Positions 54,425 to 63,143 of a stretch of 64,000 nucleotides of DNA are shown here, piece after piece; position 1 is the stretch's first letter, and every line of letters begins with the position of its first letter. The notes under the pieces are model-generated. The model was not told the origin of the DNA and searched no databases. It saw only the letters and a program-made list of their open reading frames with translations. This DNA is from Deltaproteobacteria bacterium (GTDB lineage: Bacteria > Myxococcota_A > UBA796 > SXON01), in the NCBI GenBank assembly GCA_947445035.1, contig CANFCK010000014.1, positions 55,178-119,177 of the forward strand, given 5' to 3'. Both the position numbers and the translations under genes were made by a program.

Positions 54425-54889
54425 TCACCCCGGCGAAAGCGCCCGATACTTCCCGCTGAAGTAGGTGAGGGGCGCGGCGTCCCGCCACCCCGCCGAGAGC
54501 ACGTGACCGACGAAAAGGGTGTGGTCTCCGGCGTCGTGCTGCGCGTGACCCTCGCACTGGACCCAGGCCAGCGCGCCGTCGATCCGCGGCGCGCTCCCCC
54601 CCTCGATCCAGCGCACGTCCGCCTCTCCGTACCCAGCGAAGTGGTTGGACAACGCCGCCTGGTCGTCGGCGAGAATCGACGCGCTCCAGCGGCCTCCCGC
54701 CGCGAGCACTCCGTGCATCTGGGCCGATTTCGCCACGCTCACCAGCACCAGCGGTGGGGCCAATGACACCGACAAGAACGCGCTCGCCGTCATCCCGTGG
54801 CGTTTCCCATCGACCTCCGCCGCGATGATCGTGACCCCACTGAGGAAGCGTCCGAGCGCCTGTTTGAACTCTACTGCCGCGACTGACAT
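54425..54889 (-). CDS. Flavin reductase-like FMN-binding protein (HpaC/RutF family)
   Basis: MSVAAVEFKQALGRFLSGVTIIAAEVDGKRHGMTASAFLSVSLAPPLVLVSV...GDHTLFVGHV is the typical flavin reductase domain. Confidence 0.8.
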   Translation of the reverse strand: MSVAAVEFKQALGRFLSGVTIIAAEVDGKRHGMTASAFLSVSLAPPLVLVSVAKSAQMHGVLAAGGRWSASILADDQAALSNHFAGYGEADVRWIEGGSAPRIDGALAWVQCEGHAQHDAGDHTLFVGHVLSAGWRDAAPLTYFSGKYRALSPG

Positions 54890-54924
54890 CCGCGGAAGCT
54901 ATCGCCCTCGGGGTATGGTGAACC

Positions 54925-55920
54925 ATGCTCCCCTTCGTCGTTGCGTCGGCGTTCGCGATCGAGGCCACTGTCGACGTCACCCTTCCGGCCGAAGCGCAGC
55001 AGCTCGGACTGGACGAGGCGGCGTTGGAGGCCGAGTTGGCTGGAGCGATCGGCGTCCAACTCCACATCGTCGACCTGGGCGCGTACATGGACCAGATGGC
55101 AGATGCCAACGTGCTCAGCGCCAAGGGCATGGGCGTGGACTACGGCTCCGACATGCAGCGCTTCGCGTTCGGGGCGGCGTTCGGGACCGCGGTCAGCGGG
55201 GCTGGAGCGGCGCTGGATGGTGGCACCAGCGACGGGACGGGGCTCCCCGAAACGGGCTTCGCGCTCCAGATCGGCGGAATGGCGGGGCTCAACCTGGGCG
55301 CCTTCTCGGAGAAGGACAGCGCGCTCCGCCGCTTCAAACTGTACATCAATGGGATGAGCGCCGAGACCGATCGTGCGCCCTTCGCGGCGACCTTCCTGAA
55401 CTATGGCGGTCATGTCCAGATCAAGTTGGTCAAGGGCGGCGACAAGACCGACGGGGTTCGGTGGGGCGGCCTCGACTTCACCGGCGGCTACGAATATTCG
55501 AGCTACACCCTGGCGCTGACCGAGTCCATGCCGGTGAGGCAGTCCGGGATGACCTGGAACGCCACCGGCACCTACGAGCTGTCAGCGGAGTCCCAGAGCC
55601 TCCCCGCCGAACTCTCGACAAACCTGCATGTCTTTGTCGCGACGGTCTACTGTGGGGTCGGCTTCGACTACCGCCTCTCCGGCGGCGCGGACACCTCGAT
55701 CTCGGTGGGCGGGCCGATCACCATGGAGTTCGACGGGCAGACGGCGGACGTCGGTACCGCAACGCTGACGCTGGCGGACTCGGGTGAGGTCTCACCGTGG
55801 ACGGCGCGGGCATTCACCGGGGTACAGGCTGATATCTTTATGGTGAAGCTCTACGGGCAGGTCAACGTCACGCTCGATGAGAGCGTCGGGGGCCATGTGG
55901 GGGTGCGGGTGGTTTTGTAG
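54925..55920 (+). CDS. Hypothetical secreted beta-rich protein, possibly an outer-membrane beta-barrel
   Basis: MLPFVVASAFAIEA is a signal peptide. An amphipathic alternating pattern is present through the C-terminal part (GVQADIFMVKLYGQVNVTLDESVGGHVGVRVVL). No family is assignable. Confidence 0.45.
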   Translation: MLPFVVASAFAIEATVDVTLPAEAQQLGLDEAALEAELAGAIGVQLHIVDLGAYMDQMADANVLSAKGMGVDYGSDMQRFAFGAAFGTAVSGAGAALDGGTSDGTGLPETGFALQIGGMAGLNLGAFSEKDSALRRFKLYINGMSAETDRAPFAATFLNYGGHVQIKLVKGGDKTDGVRWGGLDFTGGYEYSSYTLALTESMPVRQSGMTWNATGTYELSAESQSLPAELSTNLHVFVATVYCGVGFDYRLSGGADTSISVGGPITMEFDGQTADVGTATLTLADSGEVSPWTARAFTGVQADIFMVKLYGQVNVTLDESVGGHVGVRVVL

Positions 55921-56008
55921 AAGGTGGCGCAGACCGTGTAGTCGGGGGCGGTGTCGCCGCCGCTGTCGGTGTCGGTGTCAGAATCATGGGTGCCGTCGCT
56001 ACGGCAGT

Positions 56009-56563
56009 TCAGAATGTCCCGCCCACCGTGACCCCGTTCGGCGAGGGGAGCACCGCCACCTTGCTGCCGCGCCGATCGTGGATGCCGAACTGGATCGGGC
56101 CGCCCAGGCAGCCGAGGGTGCTGCCGGCCACGAAGAGGATCGGGCCGAGGGTGTAGTCCCCGCTCGCCGCCAGGAGGGGAAACGTCGCCATCAGGCCCAG
56201 TCCGACGTACCCGAGCACCAGGCCGGTGGCCGGGGTCCCTTTGGGCGCCTTGCCCCAGGTGTAGGTCGTGGTGAAAAGCGCACCAGGCGCGGCGGAGAGG
56301 CCCAGCACGGCCCCGCTCACCAAAAAGACGGTGCCTACCGTGAAGCCGGCCCCAAAGGACGAGTCCGAGGCCATCACGCCGCCGCCGATGAGCGCCAGCC
56401 CCGCGCCGACCCCCTCGGCGATCACAAAGCCCTTGCCGATGCGATGCGACACCCAGAACGGCCCGCCCGGCCGGTCGGTCGGGAGCGTGTCGGCGGTGAC
56501 GGCCGGCTGCTCGCGAAGGCTCGACAGCGTGGGGAGCGGCAGGTTCTCTTCGGCCTGCGCCAT
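56009..56563 (-). CDS. Hypothetical Gly-rich polytopic membrane protein (184 aa)
   Basis: An internal start gives MAQAEENLPLPTLSS.... Four or five hydrophobic segments follow (GVGAGLALIGGGVMA, FTVGTVFLVSGAVLGLSAA, GLVLGYVGLGLMATFPLLAA, ILFVAGSTLGCLGG). The longer ORF-track call is an off-frame overlap of selD. Confidence 0.45.
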   Translation of the reverse strand: MAQAEENLPLPTLSSLREQPAVTADTLPTDRPGGPFWVSHRIGKGFVIAEGVGAGLALIGGGVMASDSSFGAGFTVGTVFLVSGAVLGLSAAPGALFTTTYTWGKAPKGTPATGLVLGYVGLGLMATFPLLAASGDYTLGPILFVAGSTLGCLGGPIQFGIHDRRGSKVAVLPSPNGVTVGGTF

Positions 56564-56589
56564 CGCGAGACGGAAGAGCGCAGGGGTGA

Positions 56590-57651
56590 TCACCGAGGCG
56601 CCGTGGCCATCACGCGCAACCTCGCCTCCCCATCCTCGGCGCGAAGCCGCCCCACCACCGCAGCCGCGAGCGCACCCGCCACGTTCAACGCCTCGATGAC
56701 GGAGGCGAGCTTCTCCTCGGGCACCGCGAGCAGGAGCCCCCCCGACGTTTGCGGATCCGCGAGGATCGGCTTCGCCAGCGCGTCCAGCTCTGCAGCCCAC
56801 GAGACGTTCGGCCCGTAGTGCGCAAGGTTGCGCCCAGTTGCCCCGGGAACCGCGCCCGCGGCGATGTGATCGCGCGCCCCAGGCAAACTCGGCAGCCGGT
56901 CGAACCACAGGTCGGCGCCCAACCCCGAGCCGGCCGCCACCTCGTGCGTATGGCCCAGGAGCCCGAAGCCGGTGATGTCGGTGGCGCAGATGAGCCCCGC
57001 CGCGACCGCCACTTCCGAGGGGACCCGGTTCAGGAAGGTGGTGACGCGGATGAACTCGGCGTACTGATCCTCGGTGATGAGCTGCTTTTTCACGGCGTGG
57101 GCCAGCGTGCCGCTGCCGAGCGGTTTGGTAAGGACAAGGTAGTCCCCCGCCTTGCCCGCGTCGTTGCGCAAGAGGCGATCGGGGTGGACGACTCCGGTCA
57201 CCGACAGCCCGAACTTCAGTTCCTCGTCGTCGATGCTGTGCCCCCCCGCGATGATGATTCCCGCGTCTGCGCAGACCTCTGCCGCTCCACCGAGGATGTC
57301 CGCCATGACTTCGGGGGCGAGCTTCTTGAGCGGGAGCCCCACGATCCCCAGCGCGAGGATCGGTTTTCCGCCCATCGCGTACACGTCTGAGATGCTGTTT
57401 GCCGCCGCGATCCGTCCGTAATCTCGGGCGTCGTCGACCACGGGCATGAAGAAGTCGAGCGTCTGTACCACCGCGAGGTCGTCCCGCAGCTTGTAGACGG
57501 CGGCGTCGTCGCTGGTGGTGATGCCCACCAAAAGCTCCGCCGGCCCGCGCCGCGGGAGCTTCTTGAGGATGCGTTCCAGGTCCGCCGGACCCAGCTTGCA
57601 GCCTCACCCACCGCCGTGGGAGTACTGGGTGAGGCGGAGACGATCGGGCAT
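56590..57651 (-). CDS. selD: Selenide, water dikinase (selenophosphate synthetase) SelD, a selenoprotein with an in-frame UGA (Sec) at codon 16
   Basis: The ORF track truncates the gene at 57531 (MVGITTSDDAAVYKL...). Reading upstream in the same frame gives ATG(57651)-MPDRLRLTQYSHGGG-TGA(57606..57604)-GCKLGPADLERILKKLP.... 'GGUGCK' is the conserved SelD active-site loop in which Sec/Cys occurs. Downstream lie ...SDVYAMGG and other SelD/PurM-fold motifs. Confidence 0.85.
57576..57603 (-). promoter_or_regulatory. Candidate bacterial SECIS-like hairpin immediately 3' of the selD UGA
   Basis: The minus-strand mRNA reads UGA-GGCUGCAAG-CUGGGUCCGGCGGACCUGG. The last 19 nt can form an ~8-bp stem (GGUCC/GGACC core plus G-U pairs) with a short GGC loop, starting ~9-12 nt after the UGA. 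Confidence 0.4.
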
Positions 57652-57660
57652 GGGCGTAGC

Positions 57661-59052
57661 TTAGCCGGCCGAGGGACCGAGCACATCGGCGATCGCGCTG
57701 CCGACGGCCTGGGCGAGGAGGGCAGACTCGGCTGGCTCCATGACCAACGGGGGCATGACCATCACCGTGTCGCCCAAGTTGCGCACGATGGCGCCATGCC
57801 GACGCGTCGCGAGGCTGACGCGGTGGCCGACGCGCGCTGCCGCCACAAACGGGGACCCGTCCGCCTCTGCGAGCACGATGGCGCCCATCATTCCGGCGTG
57901 ACGCACCTCCTTGATACACGGATGTGTCACCGCTCGAAGCGCGGTCCCAAGCGCGGTAGCGCGCACCGGTAGCCGCTCCAGGACCCTCTCGTCGGCGTAC
58001 GCGTCGAGGGTGGCGTTGGCGGCCGCGATGGCCAGCGGGTTGCCGGTGTAGGTGTGGCCGTGAAAGAAGGTGCGGTGTTCGGTGTACGGACCGCGAAAGG
58101 CGTCGTAGATGGCCTCCGTGGTGAGCGTTGCTGCCAGGGGCAGGTACCCTCCGGTGATCGCTTTGGCGAGGCAGAGAAAGTCTGGCTTCACCGAAGCTTG
58201 TTCGATGGCGAACATCGTCCCCAGCCGCCCGAACCCCGTGGCCACCTCGTCGACGACCACGAAGACCCCGTGGGCGCGGGCGAGGTCGACGAGCGCGCGC
58301 AGGAACGCCGGCGTGTGGGTGCGCATTCCCCCCGCCCCTTGGACCAGCGGCTCCACCACCAGCGCGACGAGCTCAGCGCCGTGGCGCTCAAACAAACTCT
58401 GCGCGGCTGCGAGGCAGACCGCCTCCTCGCCTGCCGCCGCCCGCTCCGGCGAAGGAATCCGCAGCGCTTCGAACAAAAGCGGCCGGTAGATCCCGTGGAA
58501 GAGCTCAATCCCGCCCAGTGATACACTCCCAACTGTATCACCGTGGTACGCGTCGGTCAGCGCGACAAAGCGGGTGCGGCCGGTCTCGCCCAGCTGTTGC
58601 TTGGCCTGAAACGCCATCTTCAGCGCCACCTCGACGGCAGTGCTGCCCGAGTCGCTGTAGAAGACGCGGTCGAGGCCGGTGAGGGCGGTCAATCGTTCTG
58701 CATGCTCGATGACACCGGGGTGAGAGAGCCCAAGCATGGTCGTGTGTGCGATACGTCCGAGTTGGTCGCGCACCGCCGCGTCCAGACGGGGGTGCCGATG
58801 GCCGAGCACATTGCACCACAACGACGCGGTTCCATCGAGGTAGCGGCGGCCGTCGGTGTCGAAAAGATACACGCCGTCGCCACGCTCGATCACCAGGTTC
58901 TCAGTCTGCTTCTCCCACTCGTCCGCTTGGGTGAACGGGTGCCAGAGTGCGGCATAATCGCGGGGGAGCCAACGTTTTGGAACCTGGGCCGCCACCCACG
59001 ACGCCCCGGGCGGATCTTGGGAGGTGACCGGCGGACGACGTGGGCGGCGCAT
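57661..59052 (-). CDS. bioA: Adenosylmethionine-8-amino-7-oxononanoate aminotransferase BioA (class III PLP aminotransferase)
   Basis: 'WHPFTQ...LVIERGDGVYLFDTDGRRYLDGTASLWCNVLGHRHP' is the BioA N-terminus. The PLP-lysine region is 'FLCLAKAITGGYLPLAA'. The stop lies 9 nt before the selD ATG. Confidence 0.85.
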   Translation of the reverse strand: MRRPRRPPVTSQDPPGASWVAAQVPKRWLPRDYAALWHPFTQADEWEKQTENLVIERGDGVYLFDTDGRRYLDGTASLWCNVLGHRHPRLDAAVRDQLGRIAHTTMLGLSHPGVIEHAERLTALTGLDRVFYSDSGSTAVEVALKMAFQAKQQLGETGRTRFVALTDAYHGDTVGSVSLGGIELFHGIYRPLLFEALRIPSPERAAAGEEAVCLAAAQSLFERHGAELVALVVEPLVQGAGGMRTHTPAFLRALVDLARAHGVFVVVDEVATGFGRLGTMFAIEQASVKPDFLCLAKAITGGYLPLAATLTTEAIYDAFRGPYTEHRTFFHGHTYTGNPLAIAAANATLDAYADERVLERLPVRATALGTALRAVTHPCIKEVRHAGMMGAIVLAEADGSPFVAAARVGHRVSLATRRHGAIVRNLGDTVMVMPPLVMEPAESALLAQAVGSAIADVLGPSAG

Positions 59053-59130
59053 CGTCCGGTCGATATCACTGTTCCCGCGGATCGCCTGTGCTTATCAATT
59101 AGCGCGCACTGCCCACTCTTGGAGTCTGTC

Positions 59131-61470
59131 TTGGATGAGCTCATCGTAGCCCTCGTGTCTCTGGCGTTGGGTAGTCTTCCAGTGATCGCGGCGGTCTTCG
59201 CCGGGCTGATCCTCCTCTGGCAAAGCGTCGCCATCGTTAGCGGCGATCAGTTCATCACGCTCGAACGGCGCTGGTTCGGCAAGGGCATGACCGACGGACG
59301 CACCGTGGCGCTCCGCAGCGAAGTCGGCGTGCAGGCTCGCACGCTGGGGCCGGGCGTCCACTTCTTCATCCCCTTCATCTACACGGTGGAAAAGCACAAG
59401 TTCTTCTCGATCGGCGAGGAAGAAATCGGCATCGTCCAGGCGATCACCGGCCTGCCCATCCCCCCCGGCCAGTTCTTCGCTAAGACGGTCGAATGTAATA
59501 TTTTTCAGGATGGCGAAGCATTCTTGCAGAATGGGGGTGAAAAAGGCCCGCAGCTCTCCATCCTGCCTCCGGGGCAGTACCAGATCAACCCCCACCTGTT
59601 CACGCTCAAGATTGAAAGCGCGGTGATCATTGGCGAAAACGAGGTGGGTCTCATTGAGGCGGTCGCTGGTCTGCCCTGCAAAGTGGGCCGGATCTTCGCC
59701 GATCCCGTCGAGTGCGATGCCTTCCAGGATGCCGACGCCTTCTTGCACAACGGCGGTCAGAAGGGCCCGCAGATCCGCATCCTGCCCCCCGGCAACTACC
59801 GCATCAACACCGCGCTGTTCAAGGTCGACAAGCGGGCGGTCACGGTCATCCCCAACGGGCACATCGGCCTCATCACCGCGATGGACGGCGGGCGGATCAT
59901 GGAGGGCAGCCTGCTCAGCCGCAAGATCCAGGGTCACTCGAACTTCGAGGACGGCCAGGCGTTCATCGCCAACGGCGGGCAGAAGGGGCACCAGCTCGAT
60001 GTGCTGATGCCGGGCGCCTATCGTATCAACACGATGTTTTTCGTGATCAAGGCCGTCGTTCCGTGGACCTCCATCAACGCCGACTCCATTGGCATCGTCA
60101 CCGTGCTCGAAGGCCGCCCCATCCTCGAAGCCAACCGCATCGCCGCCGAGGAACTGTCGCTCGGCACCCACAACAACTACCAGGACGCGGCTGCTTTCCT
60201 CGCCGCCGGCGGCCAGAAGGGCCTGCAGATTCCCGTGCTTCGTGCGGGTAACTACGCCATCAACCCCTGGTTCGCGATCATCGACCAGGTCCAGATGGTC
60301 GAGGTCAAGATCGGCGAATGTGGGGTGGTCACGAGCTTTGTCGGCGAAGAAGGCGAGGATACCACCGACGCCAACGTCAACGCCAAGATCGTACCGGTGG
60401 GCAAACGCGGCATCTGGGCCGAGCCGCTCGGGCCGGGAAAGCACCCGATCAACACCAAGGTCTCGAAGGTCGACAAGGTGCCGACCACCCAGATCTTGCT
60501 CAACTGGGCTGACACCCAATCGAGCGCCCACAAGCTCGACTCCGAGCTGCAGACCATCACCTTGCGCACCGCCGACGCCTTCAGCGTCAGCATGGACGTC
60601 AGCGTCATCATCCACATCGCGATGGGCGATGCGCCCAAGGTCGTGGCAAACCTCGGTTCAGTCGACAACATGATCTCCCAGGTGCTCGAGCCGGCGATCT
60701 CCTCGCACTTTCGCAACTCGGCCCAGTCGGTCAAGGCGCTGGACCTCTACACCAAGCGCGCCGAGCTACAGGCCCACGCCAAAGAGCACTTGCAAGCGGT
60801 ACTTCGGGTCCACCACATCGAGTCGAAGGACACGATGATCGCCGACGTGGTCCTGCCTGAGGAGCTCACCCGCACCGTCACCGACCGTCAGATCGCCGAG
60901 CAGGAGCGCATCACCTTCAGCACGCAGCGCCAGGCCCAAGAGGAGCGCAAGACGCTCGAAAATGCCAAGGCCCAAGCCAATATGCAGCCGAAGGTCGTCG
61001 AGTCGGAGCGGGGGGTGGAAATCTCCAAGAACCTGGCCAACGCGGAGATCGAAAAGGCGATGGGCGACTCTCGCGGCATCGAGGTGCGCGCCGAGGGTGC
61101 GGCGAAGGCCACCCGGCTTACCGCCGGCGCCGGTGCTGAAGCGACGCGTGTCAATGCGCTCGCGGATGCTGAAGCCATTGAGAAGAAGGGCCTTGCGGAG
61201 GCGCTGGTCATCCTCGAACAGGGCAAGTCCACCGCCGAGTCCTACAAGCTCCAGGTCAATGCGATGGGCAACGAGATCTTCGGTCAGATCCAGGTGGTCG
61301 AAAAGATCGCCTCGAACAAGCTGAAGCTCATCCCCGACGTGTACATCGGCGGCAGCTCGGGCAGCGGCACGGGCGTCGGTGGCTCGGAGAATCAGAACGC
61401 GCTGATGTCGATTGCACTCTTGCAGTACCTGACCGGGCGGAAGGTGCTGGAGGGGAAGGCGGAGGAGTAG
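59131..61470 (+). CDS. Flotillin-like SPFH protein with an N-terminal TM, four or more internal ~100-aa-period repeats of an SPFH N-terminal strand motif, then an SPFH core and a flotillin-type coiled-coil tail. The start is uncertain within 59119-59160.
   Basis: - A candidate TTG at 59131 gives MDELIVALVSLALGSLPVIAAVFAGLILLW.
- The internal repeats are: IFQDGEAFLQNGGEKGPQLSILPPGQYQINPHLF, FQDADAFLHNGGQKGPQIRILPPGNYRINTALF, FEDGQAFIANGGQKGHQLDVLMPGAYRINTMFF and YQDAAAFLAAGGQKGLQIPVLRAGNYAINPWF.
- The C-terminus carries EA-rich flotillin-like repeats (...RTADAFSVSMDVSVIIHI... then ...AEAIEKKGLAEALVILEQGK...). Confidence 0.75.
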   Translation: MDELIVALVSLALGSLPVIAAVFAGLILLWQSVAIVSGDQFITLERRWFGKGMTDGRTVALRSEVGVQARTLGPGVHFFIPFIYTVEKHKFFSIGEEEIGIVQAITGLPIPPGQFFAKTVECNIFQDGEAFLQNGGEKGPQLSILPPGQYQINPHLFTLKIESAVIIGENEVGLIEAVAGLPCKVGRIFADPVECDAFQDADAFLHNGGQKGPQIRILPPGNYRINTALFKVDKRAVTVIPNGHIGLITAMDGGRIMEGSLLSRKIQGHSNFEDGQAFIANGGQKGHQLDVLMPGAYRINTMFFVIKAVVPWTSINADSIGIVTVLEGRPILEANRIAAEELSLGTHNNYQDAAAFLAAGGQKGLQIPVLRAGNYAINPWFAIIDQVQMVEVKIGECGVVTSFVGEEGEDTTDANVNAKIVPVGKRGIWAEPLGPGKHPINTKVSKVDKVPTTQILLNWADTQSSAHKLDSELQTITLRTADAFSVSMDVSVIIHIAMGDAPKVVANLGSVDNMISQVLEPAISSHFRNSAQSVKALDLYTKRAELQAHAKEHLQAVLRVHHIESKDTMIADVVLPEELTRTVTDRQIAEQERITFSTQRQAQEERKTLENAKAQANMQPKVVESERGVEISKNLANAEIEKAMGDSRGIEVRAEGAAKATRLTAGAGAEATRVNALADAEAIEKKGLAEALVILEQGKSTAESYKLQVNAMGNEIFGQIQVVEKIASNKLKLIPDVYIGGSSGSGTGVGGSENQNALMSIALLQYLTGRKVLEGKAEE

Positions 61471-61740
61471 CTGTCCCGCGCCGGGCATCCCCCGAAATGC
61501 GGGCGCGGCCGTGCTGACGCGGCTCAGCCGGTATCGCCTGTTCGACATTCGGGAGGCAGGGCGGAGCTGGGCACCCATGTGCTGACGCCGAGTTCCAAAG
61601 CGGCGACCATCCCCCTCGGAAAGCGCCCGAGGTGGTGCTGGCGTGCGGGAAGGGCTGGCGGCGGGTGGCGCGTGAGCCGTTGGTAGGAGTACGTCCCGTC
61701 CCGCCCTCCGTGTTAACCGCCGCCCCTCACCGGAAAACCC

Positions 61741-62994
61741 ATGGCTCTTGTCCCTGTCCACGGCGGTCTCGACGCCCCTGTCGATCGCATCCTGCCCTTC
61801 TCGAAGAAGGCGGCGCTCCTCGCTGAATCGGCCGGGATGCCCCGCATCTTGGTCACCGACGCGGATTTGTCGGTGGTGTACCGCATCGCCGACGGCACGC
61901 TGTCGCCGCTGACCGGCTTCATGGACGAGACCACCTACAACCACGTCCTCGACAACAAGAACGTCGTGCGCAACGGCGTGGCTTACGCGTGGGCCATCCC
62001 TCTCGCCTTGCCGGTGACGGAGGCCGAGGCGGCTTCGCTCAAGCCGGGGATGATCGCGGCCTTGGTCGACTCGACCGGCGCGGTGTTCGGCACCCTCGCC
62101 GTCAGCAGCATCTTCACGTGGAACAAGGCTCGTTACGTCGAGCAGGTCTACGGCACCTCGCGGATGGATCACCCTGGCGCGGCCATCGCAACCGGCGACG
62201 AGCGCGGTACCTTGGTCGGCGGGGACCTCTCGGTGCTTCCCGCCCGTCGCAACACTGAGTACGGGGACCTGCTCCTTTCTCCGGCGCGCACCCGGCAGAT
62301 GATCGGGGAGAAGAAGTGGACCGCGGCCCTGGCGTTCCAGACCCGCAACCCGCTCCATCGTGCCCACGAGTATGCTCTCGTCTACGGCGCCGAGCAGCTC
62401 ACCCGCGCCGGCAACTACACCGGTGTCGTGCTCAACCCCCTGGTCGGGCAGCTCAAGAACGACGATGTCGACGCCTCAACCCGTGTTCGCACGTACCGCA
62501 TGCTGCGAGACCGGCGTCTGCTGGGTGAAGGGGACAGCGACACCTCGGTCTGGGAGGCTGCGGGCTACAATCTCAACGACGTCTTCGAGCTGGTGTGTCT
62601 GGACATGAAGATGTTCTACGGCGGCCCCTCCGAAGCGATCATGCACAGCATCTATCGGCAGAACCACGGATTCAGCCACATCGTCATCGGCAGGAAGCAT
62701 GCCGACGCGCCGTACTTCGACAAGTCCGCCATCTGGGGTGACTTCGACGCCCAGGAGATCTTCGACAAGCTGCCCGGTGCGCTGTCCACTCGCCCCGTCA
62801 AGGTTGGATTCGCCGCCTTCTACGAGAGTCTCGGCCGGGTTGATCTGACCGAGCGCCACAAGGGTGAAGCACCCTACAGCATCTCCGGCACCCTGATGCG
62901 TGAGCAGCTCGTAGCCGGCGAGCGCCCTGATGCCCGGATCATCCGCGGCGAGGTCGCTGACGTGCTGATCGAGGCGTATCGGGCCAAGGGGTAG
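61741..62994 (+). CDS. sat: Sulfate adenylyltransferase (ATP sulfurylase)
   Basis: 417 aa. The 'QTRNPLHRAHE' and 'GRKHADAPYFD'-type HxxH/GRD motifs of the ATP-sulfurylase family are present. A PUA-like N-terminus is present. Confidence 0.9.
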   Translation: MALVPVHGGLDAPVDRILPFSKKAALLAESAGMPRILVTDADLSVVYRIADGTLSPLTGFMDETTYNHVLDNKNVVRNGVAYAWAIPLALPVTEAEAASLKPGMIAALVDSTGAVFGTLAVSSIFTWNKARYVEQVYGTSRMDHPGAAIATGDERGTLVGGDLSVLPARRNTEYGDLLLSPARTRQMIGEKKWTAALAFQTRNPLHRAHEYALVYGAEQLTRAGNYTGVVLNPLVGQLKNDDVDASTRVRTYRMLRDRRLLGEGDSDTSVWEAAGYNLNDVFELVCLDMKMFYGGPSEAIMHSIYRQNHGFSHIVIGRKHADAPYFDKSAIWGDFDAQEIFDKLPGALSTRPVKVGFAAFYESLGRVDLTERHKGEAPYSISGTLMREQLVAGERPDARIIRGEVADVLIEAYRAKG

Positions 62995-63143
62995 GGGGGT
63001 AGCGGAGGGCGGCCGCCTGGCGGAGCCTGGTCGCCAGGCCATCGCTACGGGACCCCGACTTCCGGGCCGGAGGCCCTTTGCTCTGGCGAAGATCGCGGTC
63101 GACGCGGCGTTCGCATCGCGCACCGCGGCCGGGGATCGGGCGG

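Noticed and set aside
56009-57919. A 636-aa minus-strand ORF spanning selD
   Set aside because: Across 56590-57651 it is an off-frame overlap of SelD. Only its last 184 codons (56009-56563) look like a real membrane-protein gene.
59095-60615. A 506-aa minus-strand ORF across the flotillin-like gene, and a 533-aa minus-strand ORF (60766-62367) across the flotillin-like gene end and sat
   Set aside because: They are antisense to genes with strong family signatures.
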